Assembly: GCA_047651235.1 (NCBI GenBank)
Contig: CP178758.1
Location: 3,706,688 to 3,738,687 of the forward strand
DNA length: 32,000 bases
Source: Candidatus Electrothrix yaqonensis
GTDB lineage: Bacteria; Desulfobacterota; Desulfobulbia; Desulfobulbales; Desulfobulbaceae
Direction: 5' to 3'
Part shown: positions 1 to 7,829 of the stretch, piece after piece
Layout of the letters: each line of letters starts with the position of its first letter
Numbering within the stretch: position 1 is the first letter of the stretch
Program-made: the position numbers and the translations under genes
The notes under the pieces: model-generated
What the model was told of the DNA's origin: nothing
Seen by the model: the letters and a program-made list of their open reading frames with translations, nothing else
The model's database searches: none

Positions 1-1513
1 TCTGCGGCGGCAGGTTCCAATACGGTGACCCTGACCTTTGATGCGGTGGTGAATGCGCCGACCGGCACGGCGGACGAGTATCTGAATTCGGCCCAGATCA
101 CGGCTTCGGACCAGTACGATCCGGATTCCGATCCGGATTCGGACGAAAACACGGACGATCTCGGCGACGGTCTTCCGGACGACGACGAGGATACGGCGGC
201 GGTGATGCCGGAGAGCGCGGATCTGAGCCTGGTCAAGGTGGTGAACGATACAACGCCTGCCGTGGGCGACACGGTGACCTTCAGCCTGACCCTGACCAAC
301 GACGGGCCGGACACGGCCACGAATGTTGCGGTGACGGACGTTCTTCCGGGCGGTTATACCTATGTTTCCGGGAGCATGAGCGGCGGGGACGGGCAGGATC
401 AGAGCGGCGATCCGACCCTGGTGTGGACGGTGAACAGTCTGTCTGCGGCGGCAGGTTCCAATACGGTGACCCTGACCTTTGATGCGGTGGTGAATGCGCC
501 GACCGGCACGGCGGACGAGTATCTGAATTCGGCCCAGATCACGGCTTCGGACCAGTACGATCCGGATTCCGATCCGGATTCGGACGAAAACACGGACGAT
601 CTCGGCGACGGTCTTCCGGACGACGACGAGGATACGGCGGCGGTGATGCCGGAGAGCGCGGATCTGAGCCTGGTCAAGGTGGTGAACGATACAACGCCTG
701 CCGTGGGCGACACGGTGACCTTCAGCCTGACCCTGACCAACGACGGGCCGGACACGGCCACGAATGTTGCGGTGACGGACGTTCTTCCGGGCGGTTATAC
801 CTATGTTTCCGGGAGCATGAGCGGCGGGGACGGGCAGGATCAGAGCGGCGATCCGACCCTGGTGTGGACGGTGAACAGTCTGTCTGCGGCGGCAGGTTCC
901 AATACGGTGACCCTGACCTTTGATGCGGTGGTGAATGCGCCGACCGGCACGGCGGACGAGTATCTGAATTCGGCCCAGATCACGGCTTCGGACCAGTACG
1001 ATCCGGATTCCGATCCGGATTCGGACGAAAACACGGACGATCTCGGCGACGGTCTTCCGGACGACGACGAGGATACGGCGGCGGTGATGCCGGAGAGCGC
1101 GGATCTGAGCCTGGTCAAGGTGGTGAACGATACAACGCCTGCCGTGGGCGACACGGTGACCTTCAGCCTGACCCTGACCAACGACGGGCCGGACACGGCC
1201 ACGAATGTTGCGGTGACGGACGTTCTTCCGGGCGGTTATACCTATGTTTCCGGGAGCATGAGCGGCGGGGACGGGCAGGATCAGAGCGGCGATCCGACCC
1301 TGGTGTGGACGGTGAACAGTCTGTCTGCGGCGGCAGGTTCCAATACGGTGACCCTGACCTTTGATGCGGTGGTGAATGCGCCGACCGGCACGGCGGACGA
1401 GTATCTGAATTCGGCCCAGATCACGGCTTCGGACCAGTACGATCCGGATTCCGATCCGGATTCGGACGAAAACACGGACGATCTCGGCGACGGTCTTCCG
1501 GACGACGACGAGG
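1..1513 (+). repeat. Perfect in-frame tandem repeat with a 441-bp (147-aa) period. At least 3.4 copies are visible, and the array continues upstream of the window.
   Basis: The unit starting tctgcggcggcaggttccaatacggtgaccctgacc recurs at nt 1, 442, 883 and 1324. The translated copies are identical. Identity ends near 1513, where ...gacgacgacgagga is followed by caatgtc instead of tacggcg. Confidence 0.95.
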
Positions 1514-4488
1514 ACAATGTCTGTGTGACCCTTGCCTCCCTGCAACTGATCAAGCAGGTGGATCTGACCACGGATACTGCTCCGGAAGATGCAAGCAAGG
1601 ACGATATCATAACCTACACATTCAGGGTGCGGAATACCGGTGCTGAAACGCTGACGGACGTGACTGTAAGCGACCCGCTGCTCACCGGCTTGAGCTGTGA
1701 TCCCATTCTTTCCCTTGCCCCGGGTACAACGGTGGACTTCAACTGTACAGGGGGCAACACGTATACGATTACGCAGCTAGATGTGGATAATGGCTATATC
1801 GACAACACGGCTACAGCCACGGGAACGCCGCCGTGCGGGCCTGATGTGACCTCTTCCGTCGTAGCCCGCGTGAATATCGGCACTACTCCGACCTATGCCG
1901 TAGTGAGTTCATTCAGTGCGTATTTAAATGATAAAAATCAGGTGGTGCTGGAATGGAAGACCTCCAGTGAAACCGGTACGGTCGGTTTCATGCTGGAGCG
2001 GCAGAATGAGCGGACCGGCAGATATCAGCCGGTCACGAAAAAAATACTGCCCGGTATGCTGACTCCGCCGCACGGCGGCATCTACCGCCTTGTGGATACA
2101 AGAGCAAAAGCGGGTAAGCAATATACCTACCGGGTTGTCGAAGTAGCGGCCAACGATCAGGGCACGGTTTCCGGGCCGTACACGGTGCAGGCCGATGAAC
2201 CTCTGCCGAAGAACAGCCGGATGTTTTCCGGCGGGGCCGGAGGCTACACCCTGACGCATCATAAATTTTCCGGCAGACAGTTCAGGCGTTTTACAGCCCG
2301 CAGTAAAGTGCTCCGTAAATTCGCTGCAAAGCGGAAAAACAGGGCCGGTACCGTGCTGAAGATTCCGGTCTCCCGGAACGGTTTGGTGTATTTGAGCGCT
2401 GCGGAGCTGGCAGCCGCCTCCGACCTTCCGGAGAAGCGGGTGATCAGGCAGGTGAAGTCCGGAAGATGCCGGCTGACCCTGGCAGGGAAGGCTGTTCCGC
2501 TGCTCAGGGCCAATACCGGTTCCGACCTCTGGTTCTACGGCCGGGCTCCGGAGCGGAGCGACATCGGACAGAATATCTACCTTCTCGATTTCGGGAAAAA
2601 AGGCAAGAAAATGAAGAGTACGCGGGGCCGGGCAAAGAAGGAAGTCTCTGCGGAGCAGTCCTACCCCGCCCGTGTGCGTGCAGAGGAGAATCTGCACCCC
2701 TTCCACCTGTATATCAATACTCCGGTGCATGATTTCTGGGCCTGGGAACTCCTGTTCGCTCATGATGCCGCCGATGATCCGGCGGGCAGTACTGCTGTTC
2801 ATCCTGTTGCCGCGCCGTATCTGACAGGGGAGGGCGATGCGGCGGTTACGGTCAACTTGGTCGGAATGACAGGCCGTGGACCTGCCGGAGTGCCGCTGTA
2901 CAAGGTGACAGTCTTTCTGAACGGCACGGATATCGGCACGGCGGAATGGTCGGAAAAGGGCGACTATCAGTTCCGGGCCGATATCCCGGCTGCTCTGCTG
3001 CGTGAGGAGGGCAATGAAGTACAGGTCGTTTCGCAGCTGAACAGCGGCGTGACCTACTCGCTGATCTACCTAGACTCCATTGAGCTGGAGTATCTGCGCA
3101 GCTACGAGGCGGTCGATGGAGAGCTGACCTTTTCCGACGCCGGATATGACAGCGTGACGGTCCGGGGGTTCAGCAGCAGCAAGGTGCTGGCCCTTGATGT
3201 GACAACGCCGGATGCGCCTCGGCGGGTACGGACCCTGCCCGGTAAAAATCAGGCCGGAGAATATACGGTCACTCTGCTGACCGAGCCGGGGCATACGTAC
3301 TTTGTCACGGAAAATCTCAGCCCTGTCTTTGCCGGAGAGCTGAGTGCGGACACGCCGTCGCGGCTGCGCAGGCGCTATAACCGGGCTGATTATCTGATCA
3401 TTGCGCCGTTGCATCTGATGGAGTCGGCACAGCGGCTTGCTGATCACCGGGCATCTGAAGGCCTGAAGGTCATGCTTGTCGATATCGAGGATGTGCAGGA
3501 TGAATTCAGCCACAGCCTGGCGGCTCCTGAAGCGGTGCATGACTTCCTGTCCTATGTCTATACAAACTGGATTCAGGTGCCCCCGCATGTGGCTCTGGTC
3601 GGTGCCGGATCCTATGATTATAAAAACTACCTTGGTTACGGCTATCCCCTTGTGCCGGCCAAGCTGGCAGCAACCCCTGACGGTTTCTTCCCGTCCGACA
3701 ATGTCCTGGCGGATGTTGTCGGCAATGACGGGGTGCCTGAATTTGCGATAGGTCGGATACCTGCGGTGGACAGCACCGAGCTTGACCGCTATACTGAAAA
3801 ACTGATACACTTTGAACAGGATCAGGCGGAACGCGACACCGGTACGGTAATGACGCTGGTGACGGATATGCCTGATCCGTCTGCCGGAGATTTTGCGGCC
3901 GGTGCGGACAGAGTTGCGGAACTGGTGTCGGCACAGGGAGTTGCGGTCAACCGGCTTGCCGCAGATGCGCTGGGTGTGAACGGGACGCATGACGGGATTA
4001 TCAATGCGCTGCAGCAGGGAGGCGGCATTCTGCATTATATCGGTCACAGCTCGATGGTGGCCCTGGGCCGGAGCAGTGCGCTGCTCACTGCAGATGAAGT
4101 TGACGCCATGCCCGATATCGGTGTGCCTATGCTGATGGTCAGCATGACCTGCTCTGCCGGGGCCTTCGGCTATCCGCCCATGGACAGTATCGGCGAGACC
4201 GCAGTGCTGCGGGCGGACGGAGCAGCGGTGGGCTTTTTCGGGGCCTCCGGTCTGTCCGAAAACCATCTTGCCGACATAATGGCGAAAGGCTTCTACCGCA
4301 GCCTGTTTGATCCGGAGAATGTGAACCCGAGGATCGGCGATGCAGTTGTCGGCGCGAAACAGTATTATTCTGCTCAGGGCGGGGAACGGTCCGTTCTGGA
4401 TATTTACAATCTGCTCGGTGATCCGGCACTGCACGGGCCGGTTGCAGTACCGGACAATAAACCAACGGACAAGATCAGGACGGATTGA
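1..4488 (+). CDS. Large secreted/surface protein, 5'-truncated by the window edge. It contains tandem DUF11-type (conserved repeat domain) modules with Asp-rich thrombospondin-type-3-like inserts, an Fn3-like domain, and a C-terminal peptidase C25 (gingipain-like) domain.
   Basis: Frame 1 is open from nt 1 to TGA 4486-4488, so the M at nt 25 in the ORF track is a caller artefact. LVKVVNDTTPAVGDTVTFSLTLTNDGPDTATNVAVTDVLPGGYTYV is a DUF11-type signature. DPDSDPDSDENTDDLGDGLPDDDED is TSP3-like. The C-terminal part (ADYLIIAP...GRIPA...HYIGHSS...SMTCSAG) fits the C25 His/Cys dyad context. Confidence 0.85.
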   Translation, partial: SAAAGSNTVTLTFDAVVNAPTGTADEYLNSAQITASDQYDPDSDPDSDENTDDLGDGLPDDDEDTAAVMPESADLSLVKVVNDTTPAVGDTVTFSLTLTNDGPDTATNVAVTDVLPGGYTYVSGSMSGGDGQDQSGDPTLVWTVNSLSAAAGSNTVTLTFDAVVNAPTGTADEYLNSAQITASDQYDPDSDPDSDENTDDLGDGLPDDDEDTAAVMPESADLSLVKVVNDTTPAVGDTVTFSLTLTNDGPDTATNVAVTDVLPGGYTYVSGSMSGGDGQDQSGDPTLVWTVNSLSAAAGSNTVTLTFDAVVNAPTGTADEYLNSAQITASDQYDPDSDPDSDENTDDLGDGLPDDDEDTAAVMPESADLSLVKVVNDTTPAVGDTVTFSLTLTNDGPDTATNVAVTDVLPGGYTYVSGSMSGGDGQDQSGDPTLVWTVNSLSAAAGSNTVTLTFDAVVNAPTGTADEYLNSAQITASDQYDPDSDPDSDENTDDLGDGLPDDDEDNVCVTLASLQLIKQVDLTTDTAPEDASKDDIITYTFRVRNTGAETLTDVTVSDPLLTGLSCDPILSLAPGTTVDFNCTGGNTYTITQLDVDNGYIDNTATATGTPPCGPDVTSSVVARVNIGTTPTYAVVSSFSAYLNDKNQVVLEWKTSSETGTVGFMLERQNERTGRYQPVTKKILPGMLTPPHGGIYRLVDTRAKAGKQYTYRVVEVAANDQGTVSGPYTVQADEPLPKNSRMFSGGAGGYTLTHHKFSGRQFRRFTARSKVLRKFAAKRKNRAGTVLKIPVSRNGLVYLSAAELAAASDLPEKRVIRQVKSGRCRLTLAGKAVPLLRANTGSDLWFYGRAPERSDIGQNIYLLDFGKKGKKMKSTRGRAKKEVSAEQSYPARVRAEENLHPFHLYINTPVHDFWAWELLFAHDAADDPAGSTAVHPVAAPYLTGEGDAAVTVNLVGMTGRGPAGVPLYKVTVFLNGTDIGTAEWSEKGDYQFRADIPAALLREEGNEVQVVSQLNSGVTYSLIYLDSIELEYLRSYEAVDGELTFSDAGYDSVTVRGFSSSKVLALDVTTPDAPRRVRTLPGKNQAGEYTVTLLTEPGHTYFVTENLSPVFAGELSADTPSRLRRRYNRADYLIIAPLHLMESAQRLADHRASEGLKVMLVDIEDVQDEFSHSLAAPEAVHDFLSYVYTNWIQVPPHVALVGAGSYDYKNYLGYGYPLVPAKLAATPDGFFPSDNVLADVVGNDGVPEFAIGRIPAVDSTELDRYTEKLIHFEQDQAERDTGTVMTLVTDMPDPSAGDFAAGADRVAELVSAQGVAVNRLAADALGVNGTHDGIINALQQGGGILHYIGHSSMVALGRSSALLTADEVDAMPDIGVPMLMVSMTCSAGAFGYPPMDSIGETAVLRADGAAVGFFGASGLSENHLADIMAKGFYRSLFDPENVNPRIGDAVVGAKQYYSAQGGERSVLDIYNLLGDPALHGPVAVPDNKPTDKIRTD

Positions 4489-4784
4489 TGGTGCAGCTCG
4501 ATAGTATTTACAGACAGGCCGACAATATCGTCACCCGCAGGATTATGGATGAAACCCTGCTGGTGCCCGTTTCCGGTGAGCTTGCCTCCATGGAGGAACT
4601 GTATACCCTCAATGAGACCGGGGATTTCATATGGCAGGCGTTGGACGGCGTTCGTCCTCTTTCCGAGATCAGGTGCCAGCTTGAAGAGCAGTATGACGCA
4701 CCGGCAGAGGAGATTGAAGCGGATCTGCTGGAAATCATAAGCGGGCTGGCCGATGCCGGGCTGGTTACTTCTGTTGGAGGATGA
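4488..4784 (+). CDS. PqqD-family protein (RiPP recognition element / peptide chaperone)
   Basis: About 98 aa, and the motif run IVTRRIMDETLLVPVSG...LYTLNETGDFIWQALDG..PLSEI...L.EQYDAP.EEIEADLLEII..L...GLV is typical PqqD architecture. ATG 4488 overlaps the upstream stop (TGATG), with an alternative TTG at 4485. Its stop overlaps the rSAM start (ATGA at 4781-4784). Confidence 0.85.
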   Translation: MVQLDSIYRQADNIVTRRIMDETLLVPVSGELASMEELYTLNETGDFIWQALDGVRPLSEIRCQLEEQYDAPAEEIEADLLEIISGLADAGLVTSVGG

Positions 4785-5941
4785 CGACTTTGGAAACAGA
4801 CTGCACCGGCAGAGAACCTGATAATTCTGATGATCTGGCTCGTTATTTTGCCAGAGCTGCGCAGGCGAGGACACCGCTGGCTGCTACGTTCGAGCTGACC
4901 CGGCGGTGCAACTTCCGTTGTGTCCACTGTTATCTTGGTGATCAGCAGGCAATTCGTCAGCATCGCCATCAGGAACTGGACACGGACAGCGTTATCAGGC
5001 TGCTTGATGAGATGGTGGAGGCCGGAACCCTGTTTCTTACCCTGACCGGAGGGGACCCCATGCTGCGGCCTGATTTTGTCAGGATTTACGCACATGCGGT
5101 CCGCATCGGTCTGTTGGTTTCAGTGTATTGCAACGGCTCACTGATCACAGAGGAGATTACAGAGGTATTTGTTCAATATCCTCCAAGGATCGCTGAAATT
5201 ACTTTGTACGGTGCAACCCGGAAGACCTTTGAGACGATAACACAGCGCCGGGGGAGCTATGCAGACTGCATGAAAGGTATTGCTCTGCTGCACAGGGCAA
5301 AGGTGCGGCTGCGGCTGAAATCCATGGCCATGACGCTGAATTACGAAGAACTGCCTGCCATGCGGAAGATAGCCGGGGATTTGGGCCTGTCATTTCGGCA
5401 TGACTGCTCCGTCATTCCCGCTCTTCCTCATGAAGATAATGGCAGTCGGATAAACATTCGGGATACCGGAAAAAACGGCCTGCGGGAGACCTTGGGTTTC
5501 CGCCTTGAACCTGAGCAGGCTGCGGCAGTGGATTTCGGGGCAGCCGAAGTAAAGAAAAAACTGCAGGAGCTGACGGCTGAGAAAGGAGCTGCTGCAGAGC
5601 CGTCAACAAAATTGTACCAGTGCGGGGCAGGGCAGGCATCATACCATATTACCTCGTACGGCAGAATGCAGCCCTGTCTCATCACGCTTCGGCCTTCTGT
5701 TGATCTCGTCGCCGGGGAACAGCGAATTGCAGACGGTTGGAATACGTTGTGCGCACAGGTTGAGGAACAGACAGTAACAACTGATTTTCCCTGTATCGAA
5801 TGCAAGGACAGCAAGTTATGTACGGGCTGCCCAAGCAGATTCTTTAGAGAAACAGGCTCGCCGGAGGAACCGCCTTCCTTTTATTGTCATTATGCGGCAT
5901 GCCGCAGGCGAGGAAGCTCAAAGGAAACAGGGCTTCAATAA
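4781..5941 (+). CDS. Radical SAM enzyme with a C-terminal SPASM-like Cys-rich domain (peptide-modifying maturase type)
   Basis: Contains the CNFRCVHCY (CxxxCxxC) cluster motif, then LTLTGGDPMLRPD (SAM-binding GGE-like motif). C-terminal Cys clusters are YQCGAGQASYHITSYGRMQPC and CIECKDSKLCTGCPSRF...YCHYAAC. Translationally coupled to the PqqD gene. Confidence 0.85.
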   Translation: MTTLETDCTGREPDNSDDLARYFARAAQARTPLAATFELTRRCNFRCVHCYLGDQQAIRQHRHQELDTDSVIRLLDEMVEAGTLFLTLTGGDPMLRPDFVRIYAHAVRIGLLVSVYCNGSLITEEITEVFVQYPPRIAEITLYGATRKTFETITQRRGSYADCMKGIALLHRAKVRLRLKSMAMTLNYEELPAMRKIAGDLGLSFRHDCSVIPALPHEDNGSRINIRDTGKNGLRETLGFRLEPEQAAAVDFGAAEVKKKLQELTAEKGAAAEPSTKLYQCGAGQASYHITSYGRMQPCLITLRPSVDLVAGEQRIADGWNTLCAQVEEQTVTTDFPCIECKDSKLCTGCPSRFFRETGSPEEPPSFYCHYAACRRRGSSKETGLQ

Positions 5942-5960
5942 AATACAGCTTACTGAGATT

Positions 5961-5981
5961 ATTCCTACCTTAGGAATTTTT
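5961..5981 (+). promoter_or_regulatory. Small AT-rich hairpin followed by a T-run, between the rSAM gene and the candidate precursor ORF. It may be a weak attenuator or an RNA processing/stability element.
   Basis: attccta (5961-5967) pairs with taggaat (5971-5977) around a 3-nt loop, followed by ttttt. The stem is short and weak. Confidence 0.2.
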
Positions 5982-6040
5982 GAAGAAAAAGTCAAAAGCT
6001 CGGAGCATTCGATACTGAGCGAATAAATGGAACAGAAATA

Positions 6041-6229
6041 ATGAAAGAACAACAACACGGCACAGCTCCTGTTAAGCAGCAGGAGGAGACCGAAGGAATC
6101 GTGCAGAAACAGCCTTATGAAAAACCCCGGCTTGACAGGGTGAAATTATTTGCCGATCAGGTCTTGGCTTCCTGTTCAGGGGGGGCAATGGCTCCTCCAT
6201 GCGGCATTTTTGACCCTCTTGCATCATAA
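6041..6229 (+). CDS. Candidate RiPP precursor peptide (62 aa)
   Basis: The ORF is ATG to TAA: MKEQQHGTAPVKQQEETEGIVQKQPYEKPRLDRVKLFADQVLASCSGGAMAPPCGIFDPLAS. It has a hydrophilic leader with YEKPRL (YxxPxL), a V-L-A site before a Gly/Cys/Pro-rich tail with 2 Cys, and a C-terminal Ser. It lies between the rSAM and kinase genes. No strong SD is visible, so the call rests on context. Confidence 0.6.
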   Translation: MKEQQHGTAPVKQQEETEGIVQKQPYEKPRLDRVKLFADQVLASCSGGAMAPPCGIFDPLAS

Positions 6230-6239
6230 CAGGCTTGAT

Positions 6240-7175
6240 TTGAGCAACGCAGGGCATCCTGTTGTAGACAGCGTATACAGTATAGGGGGGGTATTTGTTA
6301 CGCTTAACTCGGAACGTTATCTGGTGCCGGAAGACTCTTCCGCTGCAGAGAACAGTGTCTTTGTTTATCCTGCAACTGCAGAATATGCAGCTGCTTCAGC
6401 TGCAGTCCCCTGTATTTATGTATATATAGCTGCTTTACAGCAGAGATCTTCTCCAGCAGTAGGCGAAAAAATATTTTCTCAGCAGCGGGCATGTCTCTAC
6501 AGGGCTGAAAACGGCTACATCCAACAGTATTATCTGGATGATAAAAAACAGGAGATCCTCTGGAAACTCGCAATTGACCATGAGTTTTCCCGGTTTAACT
6601 ATTTTCTCTGCGCAGATAAGGTTAACCGGGAGGAGTCGGTCCGGCTTGATCCCTGGAAACTGGCATCCACTCTTTTTCTCTTGCAGCACAGTTTTATCAA
6701 TCACCAGGGCCTGATCATTCACGCTGCCGGAGGCTCTGTTTCCGGGAAAGGGCTGGTCTTTTCCGCTCCTTCCGGCACCGGAAAATCCACCCTCAGCAGG
6801 CTGTTGCTGCACTCTCCGGATAACCGGCTTTTCAGTGAAGAGCGTCTGATCATCCGCTCTGTTGAGAACAAGTGGCAGGTATGGGGAACCCCCTGGCATG
6901 GGGAAGGGAACATTGCCCGAAATGAATCCGCCCCGCTCTCCGCGCTGGTTTTTCTCCGACAGGCCCAGAAAACAGAAATTACCCGACTGTCTCCGGCGGA
7001 CGGGCTGCACCGGCTGGTGCAGACAGCGTCCATTCCTTGGTACAGTAAGCAATGGACAGAAAAAGGGCTTGCTCTCTGTGAACGATTGATTCAGGATATC
7101 CCGATCTTCGAGCTTGCCTTCCGGCCGGACCGGACTGCAGTGCAGGCTGTGGAGCGTCTTGCAGCGGAGTTGTAA
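6240..7175 (+). CDS. HPr kinase C-terminal-domain-like P-loop kinase (HprK-related kinase family)
   Basis: GLIIHAAGGSVSGKGLVFSAPSGTGKSTLSRLL resembles the HprK G.SG.GKSE P-loop region. The size and the PqqD-neighbour context are as in HprK-related kinase families. The start is uncertain. The ORF track begins at TTG 6150, overlapping the peptide ORF. TTG 6240 is the first start after the peptide stop. Confidence 0.75.
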   Translation: MSNAGHPVVDSVYSIGGVFVTLNSERYLVPEDSSAAENSVFVYPATAEYAAASAAVPCIYVYIAALQQRSSPAVGEKIFSQQRACLYRAENGYIQQYYLDDKKQEILWKLAIDHEFSRFNYFLCADKVNREESVRLDPWKLASTLFLLQHSFINHQGLIIHAAGGSVSGKGLVFSAPSGTGKSTLSRLLLHSPDNRLFSEERLIIRSVENKWQVWGTPWHGEGNIARNESAPLSALVFLRQAQKTEITRLSPADGLHRLVQTASIPWYSKQWTEKGLALCERLIQDIPIFELAFRPDRTAVQAVERLAAEL

Positions 7176-7210
7176 ATTCTAAACTCAACGGAAAAGTGAG
7201 GCAGGGGCGT

Positions 7211-7780
7211 ATGGAACACAATTTTTTTCTGCTGCGGATATTTTTTCCTCTCTTCCTGTTCTGCTTTTCTCCGGTTGCAGCAGCAACAGAACTGCTCTCA
7301 GAGTCATTTTCCGCCTGTGAACTCCCTGAAAACTGGGAAGTGGAAAATCTTGGCGGTGACTGTCGCTGGATATTTGACAGCAACAGGCAGAACGAGACCG
7401 GCGGAGAGGGTTGTTATGCGATGGCCAGCAGTGAGGACTGCAGTTCAGGGACAAGCATGGATACAGTACTTTTCGTTTCTCCTGTTGACTGCTCCAGGTT
7501 GACAGAAACAACTCTTTCTTTTCAATACGATGCGTATGAACAGCTGAATGCCAGCACCTTTGCTGTAGAAATTTCTCTTGACGAAGGAAACGACTGGTCT
7601 CAAATCTGGGTTAGAAACCAGTCCGATCCCGGACCAAAAACAGCTGTCTTGGATATCAGCGCAGAAGCAGACAGGCGACCTTCCGTGTTGATCCGGTTTC
7701 GCTATACAGCTTCTGCAAAGGATTGGTGGTGGCAGGTTGATGATGTACAAATTTCCGGCAAGAAAGGAAAGAACAGGTGA
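7211..7780 (+). CDS. Small secreted protein with a choice-of-anchor-J / MAM-like beta-sandwich domain
   Basis: GAGG lies 9 nt upstream of ATG 7211. Signal peptide: MEHNFFLLRIFFPLFLFCFSPVAAATE. The body (LPENWEVENLGGDCRW...LSFQYDAY...FAVEISLDEGNDWSQIW...VLIRFRYTA...WWWQVDDVQI) follows the pattern of that domain class. The assignment is from memory of the family pattern only. Confidence 0.55.
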   Translation: MEHNFFLLRIFFPLFLFCFSPVAAATELLSESFSACELPENWEVENLGGDCRWIFDSNRQNETGGEGCYAMASSEDCSSGTSMDTVLFVSPVDCSRLTETTLSFQYDAYEQLNASTFAVEISLDEGNDWSQIWVRNQSDPGPKTAVLDISAEADRRPSVLIRFRYTASAKDWWWQVDDVQISGKKGKNR

Positions 7781-7829
7781 ACTGGCTCCTTTTTCTGCCT
7801 GCGATGATCAGTCGGCAACAGCAGCCTCT

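Noticed and set aside
399-1610. Three near-identical minus-strand ORFs (109-120 aa) inside the 441-bp repeats
   Set aside because: They are antisense shadows of the GC-rich repeated coding sequence. They recur only because the repeat recurs, and the plus-strand frame has clear domain signatures.
1924-4465. Long minus-strand ORFs (292, 454, 142, 108 aa and others) and short plus-strand ORFs overlapping the surface-protein gene
   Set aside because: They are Arg/Pro/Gly-rich low-complexity translations typical of antisense frames in GC-rich genes, with no recognisable motifs.
4404-5814. Minus-strand ORFs (156, 195, 128, 76, 64 aa) across the PqqD and rSAM genes
   Set aside because: They are antisense to two genes with unambiguous motifs, and no motifs of their own are visible.
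6150-6239. N-terminal extension of the kinase ORF from TTG 6150
   Set aside because: It overlaps the 3' end of the candidate precursor ORF, and its sequence (PIRSWLPVQGGQWLLHAAF...) looks non-conserved. I placed the start at TTG 6240 but cannot exclude 6150.
6304-7511. Minus-strand ORFs (89, 205, 104, 134, 108 aa) over the kinase and secreted-protein genes
   Set aside because: They are antisense shadows. The plus-strand proteins carry a P-loop and a signal peptide respectively.
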